DNA from: Methanococcoides sp. EBM-47
GTDB taxonomy: Archaea; Halobacteriota; Methanosarcinia; Methanosarcinales; Methanosarcinaceae
DNA: 24,000 nucleotides
Reading direction: 5' to 3'
Assembly: GCA_001896725.1 (NCBI GenBank)
Contig: MPPA01000052.1
Coordinates: forward strand, 99,342 to 123,341
Below the pieces are notes generated by a model. The model was not told the DNA's origin, ran no database searches, and was given only the letters and a program-made list of their open reading frames with translations. Position 1 is the stretch's first letter. Every line of letters starts with the position of its first letter. The position numbers and the translations under genes were made by a program. Positions 14,813 through 23,263 of this stretch are shown in pieces.

Positions 14813-16060
14813 TCAGAACACCTCCGCTTCATGTATAAGCTCCGCAAGCAACTCGGAGTCCAGAACAGATTCTTTTTTTATCGACTCCACTAGTATATAC
14901 CTGTCAACCCGCGGTCCTGAAACTGTATAATACTTACCCAAAAGGTTTTGTTTCATAGCTTCCAGAACCACGCCCTGGTCAAGTGCATCTGCAGCCATAG
15001 CTATGGCACCTTCGAGTGTAATACCCGATATCTCCTCAGTAACTTCTCTTTTAAGAAGTATATCCTGGGCAATAGTTCCTGTGTCCAGGACAGCTTTAAG
15101 GCGTAAATCATATACTCCATCCACCTTACCATGCTCTGCACATGCGCCCTTTGTTAAAGAACGATTGCATTGGGGACAGCGTTTTATAAGCCCGGAACCT
15201 GACTGAATGTCCACCATTGCTGCAGTAAGCACAGCATCTCTGGCAATAACATCGATCTCATCGGATATTTCTTCAATTGAACTGGTTTTGTTCAGAGTGA
15301 TCTCGAGCTTCCCGTTCCATTCGCTCGTCACAGCATTCCGGAAAATATAGTTCCTTCCTTCGACCACATCCACTGGTATCTCTGCTCTGGCCCATTTGAT
15401 GAACTTAATATTTGCAGTTTCATCACCAATTAGTCCGATCTGTGAAATTGATTCACTTGTGTTTTCCCACAGCTGAACAATTTTACCTTTCACATCTATC
15501 CATTGCCCATCTTGGGAAATATCAGCGACCTTTACGAGAGAAGAGGTCCCTTGCCCTTTACCTTGGATGGGTATATCATCAGGCGTCTCTTCAATTGAAC
15601 TGCTCTTATTGAGAATTATCTCCATTCTGTCGTTCCACTCACTGGAGACAGCATTCTTAAAAACGTAAGTTTTCCCTTCCTCGACTGCAGGTAACTCCGC
15701 AGCCACCCATGAAACAAATCTTATAGTCCCTGTTTCATCTGCCAGGAGCCCAACCTGAGAAATCGAGCCATGGGCATTGTCCCACAGCTGAACCACCTTA
15801 GCTTTTAAGTTCAACCACTTTCCATCTTCAGAGATATCAGTTACTTTTAAAAAAGATACTTCACCCAGGCCACCATAGAACTTCTCTTTAGGAATACCGT
15901 GTTCCTTCAGGAAAAAGTTGACAACGCTTCTCTTAGCTTCTTCTTGGGGAACCTTGAATTTCACGATCAGCTTTTCTAGCCTTTCTTCTATTTTTTCAAC
16001 CGGGATATCCACACCAAGCTCCTGGAACTTGGTCTTAATGTCTATTACCATTGTGTTCAT
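14813..16060 (-). CDS. rpa: Replication protein A (ssDNA-binding), two tandem OB folds plus a zinc-finger OB fold
   Basis: 415 aa. It has two internally repeated OB-like segments followed by CPQCNRSLTKGACAEHG (CX2CX8CX2H), as in euryarchaeal RPAs. GAGGT lies 6 nt before the ATG. Confidence 0.85.
   Translation of the reverse strand: MNTMVIDIKTKFQELGVDIPVEKIEERLEKLIVKFKVPQEEAKRSVVNFFLKEHGIPKEKFYGGLGEVSFLKVTDISEDGKWLNLKAKVVQLWDNAHGSISQVGLLADETGTIRFVSWVAAELPAVEEGKTYVFKNAVSSEWNDRMEIILNKSSSIEETPDDIPIQGKGQGTSSLVKVADISQDGQWIDVKGKIVQLWENTSESISQIGLIGDETANIKFIKWARAEIPVDVVEGRNYIFRNAVTSEWNGKLEITLNKTSSIEEISDEIDVIARDAVLTAAMVDIQSGSGLIKRCPQCNRSLTKGACAEHGKVDGVYDLRLKAVLDTGTIAQDILLKREVTEEISGITLEGAIAMAADALDQGVVLEAMKQNLLGKYYTVSGPRVDRYILVESIKKESVLDSELLAELIHEAEVF
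15269..15859 (-). repeat. In-frame tandem duplication of an OB-fold-encoding segment within rpa (unit about 315-318 bp)
   Basis: Protein segment VSFLKVTDISEDGKW...NKSSSIEE (15859-15587) matches SSLVKVADISQDGQW...NKTSSIEE (15541-15269). About 53 of 92 positions are identical in my hand alignment. Similarity is visible at DNA level, for example cttcaattgaact at 15271 and 15589. Confidence 0.85.
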
Positions 16061-16122
16061 AATCTACCTCAAGCCTCTGGTTTGTCTCTTGTAGAGAGGC
16101 AAATGGAAGTATTCTGTTCAAG

Positions 16123-16134
16123 TATAAATATAAA
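16123..16134 (-). promoter_or_regulatory. Candidate TATA box for rpa copy 1
   Basis: The minus strand reads tttatatttata, 63-74 nt upstream of the ATG at 16060. Confidence 0.35.
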
Positions 16135-16237
16135 CTGGATCCATAGTGAAAGTATTTTTGGTTTTAAAGGACCAGCGAAATTAGAGCTACATCAGAGTTA
16201 CTGAAGCACAAAGAATTGGATGTGACAGATAACCCCA

Positions 16238-18484
16238 CTATGATTCAAACAGTTTTTTAGACTTATTATACATTTTTATACTTTTATTAGAAATATATTT
16301 TTTAGTTACATAAATGATATTTTGCTTAGATATTGGTTTGGACATCTTTACTACTAATACTGGATTTTTAGAATGTCTGGCTACCCTCTGGGGCAAGGTT
16401 CCGAGAAAAGATATTTTAAACCTCTGGCTTGAATCACCAATGATTGTCAGGTCACTGTCAATTGAAGCTTCCAATATTGCATCCTCGGCGGAATACCTTT
16501 CCAACATCTTAGAGCTGATAAATATGTTTTCTTCACTTTCGCATAAATCATTAAGTTTCTCAGCGATCTCCTTTTTCCTTTCAGTATCTTTATCAGGATT
16601 TACTATTGTGATTATCTCTATTTTTGCCCCTGTATTGACAGCAAGCTTTTTTGCCAGGTGAAGACTATATACTGAATTATCCTTTCCATTATAGGCTACA
16701 ACGATTTTATTGATCTCAGAGGGGATATCGCCTTTTAATAAGACTATGTGACGTTTTAATGCTGAAAGGACATCATTGGTAACATCTCCAAGAGAATACT
16801 TCAATCTGTTTGATTCATGCCATCCCATGATCACCAGACCTACATTTTCTATTTCTGCCTGTTCAACAATGGAATTAGATACACTATGGTCAAACGCAGT
16901 GATATATCTCCTCTTATGCCCAAAGATCACTGGGAACTTTTCAAATTCCTTTTTGAAAAGTGAATCCATTTCGATCTTCTTCTCATGGAAAGCTTTCTGA
17001 GCAAATATTAGATCTGTCTGCTCTGGAACCCTGATCACATGAAGAACCACGATCTCATCACCTAAACAATCAGCTAGCCTTAGTAAGCCATGTTCATTTT
17101 TAACATTGGATATCGGGATCAGTACTTTTACTCCTTGTTCCGGTTTTATGACCGGTGATCCTACATTGTTTTCTAACAGATCGAATAGATTGTACCTTGG
17201 AGTGGCTTTTCCCCTTGCATAGAACCAATGCCACCATGCACCTAAAGCAATCAGCGAAAAAGCAAAAAGCAAAGGAAGAGCACCGAGCAAAGGCAATAGG
17301 ATCAGGCTGCCAGCTATCCCAATTACTTGAGTAAGGGGATAGAAAGGGTCCCTGAATGTTGGTTCATATCCAGGTAAAGTTCTTTTCCTGAGGATGATCA
17401 CCGCTACATTGAGCAGTACATAGATAAGGATATTAAAAGTGCCGCCCAATTTTGCCAATTCCTCTATATCAAATAAGAATAAAAGTAAGACCATTATGAG
17501 CCCAGTGATCAATATAGAATTGTAAGGAGTCTCATATTTTTTATGGATCTCTACGAGCCATTGTGGCATTAATGCGTCTCTGCTCATAGCGAATGGAAAT
17601 CTAGATGATGATAAAATTGTACCGTTTGCTGTAGAAAGCGTTGCAAGCAATGCTGCAAAAACAAGGAGGAACCTTCCTGTTTCCCCGTAGATCATATCGG
17701 CTATATCTGCAAGAGGAGTGACTGTAGCTGATCCTCCGCCAATGCCCGGAACACCAACAACTGCTACCATTATGAGAACATAAAAAACAGTAACCACTAC
17801 TGCAGAGGCAATAAAAGCTCTGGGTAAATTCTTTGATGGGTTTTTCACTTCTTCTGAAATTGCTGCAAGTTCTGCAAGTCCCAGATACGATATAAAAATG
17901 ATCCCTGTCGTTGTGAGAATTGATGCCGACCCATATGGTACTATTGGACTGAAATTATCGGGTTCAACAAAAGAGGATACTTTCACCAGAAATATAGTTA
18001 AAATAGCCAGTAAGAGAATTACAGTAATATTCTGTAATGAACCACTGCTCTTTGAACCACGATAATTTAGTACCAGAAGGATCAGGCCCGAAACAGCCGC
18101 TACAAAATAAATAGATGATGAATAGAACACCTGGAAATATTCTGCCAGACCGATAAGTGCAAATGTTCCTTTGAATATCAAAGCAAGCCATGAGCCAAGA
18201 CCAATGATCGCTCCAAATGCAGCTCCCATTGTTCTACTTATATAATAATAACTTCCCCCGGCCATGGGCATACCTGTTGCCAGTTCAGCCATGCTGATCG
18301 CTGTAGCTATAGAGATGATACCTCCGATCAAGAATGAAAATATTGCTCCTGCACCAGCATTTGCAGAGGCGATCCCGGGAAGGATAAATATCCCGGCCCC
18401 GATCATCGTGCCGGTGCCAATAGCAAATGTAGAGAAAAAACCCAGACTCCGCCCCAATCTCTCCTTTGTTTCAATTCCATCCAT
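16238..18484 (-). CDS. APC-superfamily amino acid/polyamine permease fused to two C-terminal universal stress protein (USP) domains
   Basis: 748 aa. The N-terminal ~440 aa are polytopic with FAIGTGTMIGAGIFILPG, typical of APC permeases. The C-terminal ~290 aa form two USP-like alpha/beta units (VKVLIPISN...HIVLLKG and KIVVAYNGKDNS...NPVLVVKM). Confidence 0.85.
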   Translation of the reverse strand: MDGIETKERLGRSLGFFSTFAIGTGTMIGAGIFILPGIASANAGAGAIFSFLIGGIISIATAISMAELATGMPMAGGSYYYISRTMGAAFGAIIGLGSWLALIFKGTFALIGLAEYFQVFYSSSIYFVAAVSGLILLVLNYRGSKSSGSLQNITVILLLAILTIFLVKVSSFVEPDNFSPIVPYGSASILTTTGIIFISYLGLAELAAISEEVKNPSKNLPRAFIASAVVVTVFYVLIMVAVVGVPGIGGGSATVTPLADIADMIYGETGRFLLVFAALLATLSTANGTILSSSRFPFAMSRDALMPQWLVEIHKKYETPYNSILITGLIMVLLLFLFDIEELAKLGGTFNILIYVLLNVAVIILRKRTLPGYEPTFRDPFYPLTQVIGIAGSLILLPLLGALPLLFAFSLIALGAWWHWFYARGKATPRYNLFDLLENNVGSPVIKPEQGVKVLIPISNVKNEHGLLRLADCLGDEIVVLHVIRVPEQTDLIFAQKAFHEKKIEMDSLFKKEFEKFPVIFGHKRRYITAFDHSVSNSIVEQAEIENVGLVIMGWHESNRLKYSLGDVTNDVLSALKRHIVLLKGDIPSEINKIVVAYNGKDNSVYSLHLAKKLAVNTGAKIEIITIVNPDKDTERKKEIAEKLNDLCESEENIFISSKMLERYSAEDAILEASIDSDLTIIGDSSQRFKISFLGTLPQRVARHSKNPVLVVKMSKPISKQNIIYVTKKYISNKSIKMYNKSKKLFES

Positions 18485-19027
18485 TGATAACCTTTCCCTA
18501 ACAATATTTACACTATAAATCGAGCTTTTTTATATACGTTTCATATGAACATAGAAATTTAACAGGTCCACTATAAAATAGGATAGAGGCGTTGTAATCA
18601 TTTATAGCACTAAGCGATAATCTGATTTTAATGTTTCGAAGCCTGCATTTTCAATATTTGAATGATCGGCTCAGCAGAGATGCTCGTAAGATCACTATCA
18701 TTAAATTTAATTCCTCAGATACGTCCAGTACAGGAGCACATTGAAAACGTTCTGTGTATAGGGAATTGTATGATCAACGGGGTTTATGCAGAGCCATATG
18801 AACAACAAATGAAAAACAGAGGTTTACCAAAACCCTCTGTGGAATAAAGATTAATAGTAATGAGACTTTTTAACCAATGAGGTCTTAAATAATTTCCACC
18901 TATTGTGATATACGAGTATAATTGCAGGAGAAGATTGCTTGTAGAGTCATAAAGGATGTACATAATTATTATAAATATAGATTGTAATATAAATACACTT
19001 GAAATAATTACTAATTAGGTGATGGAA

Positions 19028-19951
19028 ATGATTTCAATCAAACGCTCCGATATCAAAGTGCCATTGGATGTACCCAAAGAGGCTCGTGAAACGTATATAG
19101 ATAATTATATGGAGATCACAAAAAGTACGGGCAGGCTTATGCTTTTTGCAGGTGATCAAAAAGTAGAGCACCTTAATGATGATTTCTATGGAGAAGATGT
19201 TGCAGTAGAGGATAATGATCCGGAACACCTGTTCAGGATAGCACACCAGGGAAAGATTGGTGTTTTTGCCACCCAGTTAGGTCTCATTGCAAGATACGGC
19301 ATGGATTATATGGATGTGCCATACCTTGTGAAAATCAACTCAAAGAGTAATCTTATTCCCACAGAACAAATGGACCCCTTTAGTAACCAATGGTATGATG
19401 TAACACAGGTAGCAGATTTCAGAGATAACAGCAAGCTGAAGATACTTGGTGTGGGTTACACTATATACCTGGGTAGTGAATATGAAGCAGACATGCTTGC
19501 ACAGGCAGCACAGATAGTTTACGATGCACATCAATATGGAATGCTTACAGTGCTCTGGATTTATCCAAGGGGTACCGCAGTAGCTGATGAGAGGGACCCG
19601 CATCTTATTGCTGGTGCAACTGGTGTTAGTGCCTGCCTGAACGCCGACTTTGTAAAAGTAAATTACCCGAAAAAAGAAGGATTTGCTTCTGCAGATGTAT
19701 TCAAAGAGGCTGTAATTGCAGCCGGGCGGACAAAAATAGTATGTGCCGGTGGATCAAGCGATGAACCAAAAGTATTCCTGGAAAAGCTCTATGATCAGAT
19801 ACATATAAGTGGAGCAATGGGTAATGCGACTGGCCGCAACATTCATCAGAAACCTCTGGATGAAGCAGTTCGCATGTGCAATGCCATTTATGCGATCACA
19901 GTCGAAGATGCAACAGTAGAAGAAGCTCTCATGATATACATGGGAAAATAA
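19028..19951 (+). CDS. Class I aldolase of the DhnA/FbaB (DeoC-like) family
   Basis: LMLFAGDQKVEH, VLWIYPRG...ERDP, ADFVKVNYP (Schiff-base Lys context), AGG and ATGRNIHQ resemble archaeal class I FBP aldolase and ADH synthase. The ORF opens at GTG 19019. I prefer ATG 19028 because AGGTGAT (19017-19023) would otherwise overlap the start codon. Confidence 0.8.
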   Translation: MISIKRSDIKVPLDVPKEARETYIDNYMEITKSTGRLMLFAGDQKVEHLNDDFYGEDVAVEDNDPEHLFRIAHQGKIGVFATQLGLIARYGMDYMDVPYLVKINSKSNLIPTEQMDPFSNQWYDVTQVADFRDNSKLKILGVGYTIYLGSEYEADMLAQAAQIVYDAHQYGMLTVLWIYPRGTAVADERDPHLIAGATGVSACLNADFVKVNYPKKEGFASADVFKEAVIAAGRTKIVCAGGSSDEPKVFLEKLYDQIHISGAMGNATGRNIHQKPLDEAVRMCNAIYAITVEDATVEEALMIYMGK

Positions 19952-19954
19952 AAG

Positions 19955-19979
19955 GGCTGGACTTCAGCCTTTCTTTTTT
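19955..19979 (+). terminator. Short hairpin plus T-tract after the aldolase gene
   Basis: ggctg (19955-19959) pairs with cagcc (19965-19969) around a 5-nt loop. It is followed by tttctttttt (19970-19979), starting 4 nt after the stop. Confidence 0.45.
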
Positions 19980-20007
19980 AAAGCAATCCGAGGAATAAAC
20001 GACAAGT

Positions 20008-20595
20008 TTAATTCCCATCGGAGCACTCAAAATCGAAACCTAAGATAAATGTTCCCGTACCATGAGCTTGAGGAAGATCCATTTTTTGTTTTAAGAATTC
20101 ATCCGTTGGAGGAGAGGGAGAAGCAAGGGTTACATTACAGATATGAGGCAATTCCTCTACTTCAGCACAGGGTTTGGGTGGTAAGACCACAATAAGGGGA
20201 TCGGTCCTGGGATCGATCGACCTGAGCAGATCCTTATCATAGATCACAATGTTGCCAATGACAAGGTTATCTTTACAATCTTTTAGCTCACTTAGTTTAC
20301 ACTCATCTAAGTCTTCCCCGACCACACGATCATGGTGCATGAGTATGACATTAGGACAGCAAGGCCATATATAGTCCATACTGGTAGTGAATGGAATGAC
20401 CACATCTTTCTTGAGCACTTCTTTGATACCTTGATTATCACCCCTGCCAAGACCCATAAGCGTCATGTCATCTGCTTTTTTCTCAAGCTCCCTAATGATC
20501 TCCCTGTCCTCTTCAGGCAGGACATAGGTCTCCCCCACACCCTTTATTTCCTTGAGGCGTTGTTGAACATTTTTGATTATCTCTTCGCGTTGCAT
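20008..20595 (-). CDS. Hypothetical Cys-rich protein
   Basis: 195-aa ORF with an ATG start and GGAGGC upstream on the minus strand. It contains several Cys clusters (WPCCPN, DECKLSELKDCKD, KPCAEVEELPHICN, FECSDGN). I recognise no family. Confidence 0.55.
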   Translation of the reverse strand: MQREEIIKNVQQRLKEIKGVGETYVLPEEDREIIRELEKKADDMTLMGLGRGDNQGIKEVLKKDVVIPFTTSMDYIWPCCPNVILMHHDRVVGEDLDECKLSELKDCKDNLVIGNIVIYDKDLLRSIDPRTDPLIVVLPPKPCAEVEELPHICNVTLASPSPPTDEFLKQKMDLPQAHGTGTFILGFDFECSDGN

Positions 20596-20750
20596 AATAG
20601 TGCCTCCGTTAAGGATTATAATGCTTTAGATAATTGATATTGTTGATCTATCATTATTTAAGTATACCGGACTTCCTGAACTGATAATTATATAGAAAAG
20701 GGACAATAAGATATATAATACAAAATCAGAGATTACTAACAGGTGCAATT

Positions 20751-21071
20751 ATGACCTCTGTTAAAGTGAACTCTAAGATATGTGGGTTTACCCATAAGAT
20801 CAGCGGCAAAGTAGAAGGCAAGAACATGATCATTGATATCGAAAGCCCTTGTAAGAAAGTTGCAGTGCTTTCACATATGGAGATCCCTGTAAAAGAACTT
20901 TATGAGCCGTTCTACAATGACAATCAGGTCTTTCAAAAAGTAAAAGAGGAAAAATGGTGCTCCACGTGTCTTGTGCCATGCGGCATAATGCACGTATGCA
21001 GAATGGATATAGGTACCATTTCTAAGACACTTGCGAAGAGTTCTGGTAGTGTGAGTATAGAATTTGAATAA
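20751..21071 (+). CDS. Small six-cysteine protein of unknown function (paralogue B)
   Basis: 106 aa, homologous to 8394-8714. AGGTG lies 6 nt before the ATG. Confidence 0.65.
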   Translation: MTSVKVNSKICGFTHKISGKVEGKNMIIDIESPCKKVAVLSHMEIPVKELYEPFYNDNQVFQKVKEEKWCSTCLVPCGIMHVCRMDIGTISKTLAKSSGSVSIEFE

Positions 21072-21081
21072 GGGTGATATA

Positions 21082-21957
21082 TCAGACGAGCTTAATAACT
21101 CCATGTTTGGGCTCATAGCACTCTCCTTTAGCAAGAAGGGAGCGAACAGCTGCATCGGCTACCTCTTCCGGGACCCTCTGTGATCCCACTTCTTTTAGTA
21201 AGCAGCTATACTGCACCCCTTTACCATTGTTAAGTTCTTTGAGGAGCTTAACTATCAGATTTTCAGCATCACCCTTTTGTTGTATCTCTAAACCTGCGTT
21301 TTCTTTAATGAAAAGAAGGGCTTTACGCACACTTTGTCTGAATTTAGAAATGTAGTTCTGATCTGTGCCATAGAAGGCAACTGCATTCAGAACAGCTTCA
21401 CTTGATCCAGTATCTGGTCCATTTGATCTCATGTGCTCTGATAGCTCCCCTCCGTGTGCCTGATCTGAAAGTATCTCAGACAGCAGATCAAGCCTTTTAA
21501 GCGTCAGCTCTGCTGTGTCCAGTACCCATCTATCCCGTATCGTACCTTCTACACTGTTGATCTCCTCTGGCCTTATGGAAATGAACACTGAGTCTTTTTC
21601 TGGCTCATATGCCCTTGCCTTGCCTACCACAGCAACATAGGAAGGAACAGATACAGTAGATAGAAATATAGCGGCTTCTGGTTGGTATTGGCCGGCATAT
21701 ACAATAAATACTCCAGTTGGGTCAGATATACGAGCCTTCCAGAGATCGCACTCATTTCCAGCTTCTGACCCAAGTTTTTCAACTTCTGTTATCACTCCTA
21801 CAACAAAGACCCTGTTGATACGCACGCCTGTGGGAGAGATCAGCAGATTAGGAGGATTCATATCAGGAACATCGCCACTGAAAGTGTTTGTAAGGCTCAG
21901 GGTAGAAGCATTGAACTCTTTTGCGAATAATCTCTGAGCAATTTCCCTCTCGGCCAT
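21082..21957 (-). CDS. RPA-associated OB-fold protein (COG3390-type, rpap-like), long form with a C-terminal winged-helix-like extension
   Basis: 291 aa. The first ~165 aa align with the 193-aa paralogue. The extra ~100 aa end in KLLKELNNGKGVQYSCLLKEVGSQRVPEEVADAAVRSLLAKGECYEPKHGVIKLV, a helix-turn-helix-plus-wing pattern. It starts 4 nt after the rpa stop. Confidence 0.75.
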   Translation of the reverse strand: MAEREIAQRLFAKEFNASTLSLTNTFSGDVPDMNPPNLLISPTGVRINRVFVVGVITEVEKLGSEAGNECDLWKARISDPTGVFIVYAGQYQPEAAIFLSTVSVPSYVAVVGKARAYEPEKDSVFISIRPEEINSVEGTIRDRWVLDTAELTLKRLDLLSEILSDQAHGGELSEHMRSNGPDTGSSEAVLNAVAFYGTDQNYISKFRQSVRKALLFIKENAGLEIQQKGDAENLIVKLLKELNNGKGVQYSCLLKEVGSQRVPEEVADAAVRSLLAKGECYEPKHGVIKLV

Positions 21958-21961
21958 TATA

Positions 21962-23263
21962 TCAAATATCCTCTGGTAATTTCAACAATAGATCATCAAG
22001 GCGAGAGAGAAGGTCATCTTCCGGGACCCAAGCATATCTCGCAACAATGGTCGTACCAAACTCGCTCTTTGATGAGTTACCTCTTACGGCAAGGTAAGTG
22101 CCTATCAATGACCTTTTCATGCTCTCATACACAGCATCTTTTGACATGGATAACTTTGCAATGTTTTCAGCTTCTTCCATAGATCTGCCATAGATAACCT
22201 CTGAGAGCTCCCTGTTCAGCATGATATAAACAGCTCCTGTACCATCATCAAGTATAGCCTTTACCCGCATATCCCTGATACCTTCCACGGTACCATGTGC
22301 CCTGCAAACATTGTTCTGTATTACACGATTGCAAACAGGACACCTTTCGATCAGCCCAGAGCCCGGGCGCACAGAAATAATATTTCCTGTGACAACCACA
22401 TCAAAAAGACCATCTTTTTCAAGGACAGAACCAATGGAGATGTAGGATGGTTCATCGGTCATGATCTTATTTTTGGAGAAAGGACATTTGTTATCGGGGA
22501 GTAGTTCCCATGAGGTCATATGCGTGAAGTTTAAAGATGGGATGCCTCTGAAAAGCCTTACGTGAGCATCCCTGAAATTAATAGCATTACCGATATCTAC
22601 TCCTTCCATGGGCACCCAGGAGCTAAAAGGAAGTTTACCAGTATCATCTGCAATGACGCCCTCTATTATTATGGTATCTTTACCTTTGACAATGATATCT
22701 CTGTGATATATTTCAGTGACTACACCCTGTGAACTTACCAATAAGTCTGAAGGATTGATTTCGATAATTTTTTTTGTTTGAGTGAAAATCTTTTCATCTT
22801 TGGGCAAGGACGGATCTTCAGGGAGCTTTTCCACAATAGAGCGTTGTCCGAAATTAATTTCAGGACGATTGTTCCATAGCTTCATGTGGACATTATATAT
22901 CTTAATAATGTCCCCTTCGTTCAAACAAAAATCATCCCAGGCAGTGAACAGGCAAACCCCAGTTTCATCTAAGAGCTTGCCCGAGTATAAATACGCTGTT
23001 TCGCCCTTAAGAACAATTTTTTTTTTCTCTACAGATATGATCCTGCCCTTCAGAGCGAAACTCTTCGGTGATTTTAAAATATCCTTTATTTTAATTTCAC
23101 AAGCCTCTTTTGGACGGAATTTATTTAAAATAGTTCTTTTAGCTTCTTCAAGGGGCACACGGAACCTGAGAAGATTATCTAGCTCGGTCTGTATATCAGT
23201 GTATCCTACGCCCTCAAGCGCCTTTGACAGCTCTTCAATATGAGGCGCATATTTGTCATTCAT
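21962..23263 (-). CDS. rpa: Replication protein A paralogue (OB folds plus a CX2CX8CX2H zinc finger)
   Basis: 433 aa. CPVCNRVIQNNVCRAHG is embedded in the last OB fold, in the same position as in the 415-aa copy. The N-terminal ~55 aa resemble those of the other copy (RFRVPLEEAKRTILNKF versus KFKVPQEEAKRSVVNFF). AGGAGAT lies before the ATG. Confidence 0.85.
   Translation of the reverse strand: MNDKYAPHIEELSKALEGVGYTDIQTELDNLLRFRVPLEEAKRTILNKFRPKEACEIKIKDILKSPKSFALKGRIISVEKKKIVLKGETAYLYSGKLLDETGVCLFTAWDDFCLNEGDIIKIYNVHMKLWNNRPEINFGQRSIVEKLPEDPSLPKDEKIFTQTKKIIEINPSDLLVSSQGVVTEIYHRDIIVKGKDTIIIEGVIADDTGKLPFSSWVPMEGVDIGNAINFRDAHVRLFRGIPSLNFTHMTSWELLPDNKCPFSKNKIMTDEPSYISIGSVLEKDGLFDVVVTGNIISVRPGSGLIERCPVCNRVIQNNVCRAHGTVEGIRDMRVKAILDDGTGAVYIMLNRELSEVIYGRSMEEAENIAKLSMSKDAVYESMKRSLIGTYLAVRGNSSKSEFGTTIVARYAWVPEDDLLSRLDDLLLKLPEDI

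Noticed and set aside
18662-18847. 61-aa ORF in the long permease/aldolase intergenic region
   Set aside because: It has no Shine-Dalgarno and odd composition, and it sits in a promoter-rich AT region. It is kept only as part of the intergenic-region finding.
19019-19027. GTG (19019) or ATG (19022) as the aldolase start
   Set aside because: Both lie inside the AGGTGAT ribosome-binding sequence, so the ATG at 19028 is better spaced. The difference is only 1-3 codons and remains uncertain.
22782-23243. 153-aa plus-strand ORF antisense to rpa copy 2
   Set aside because: It is fully contained in the RPA ORF, which has a zinc finger and OB-fold homology to the other copy. The antisense product is low-complexity and Ser-rich.
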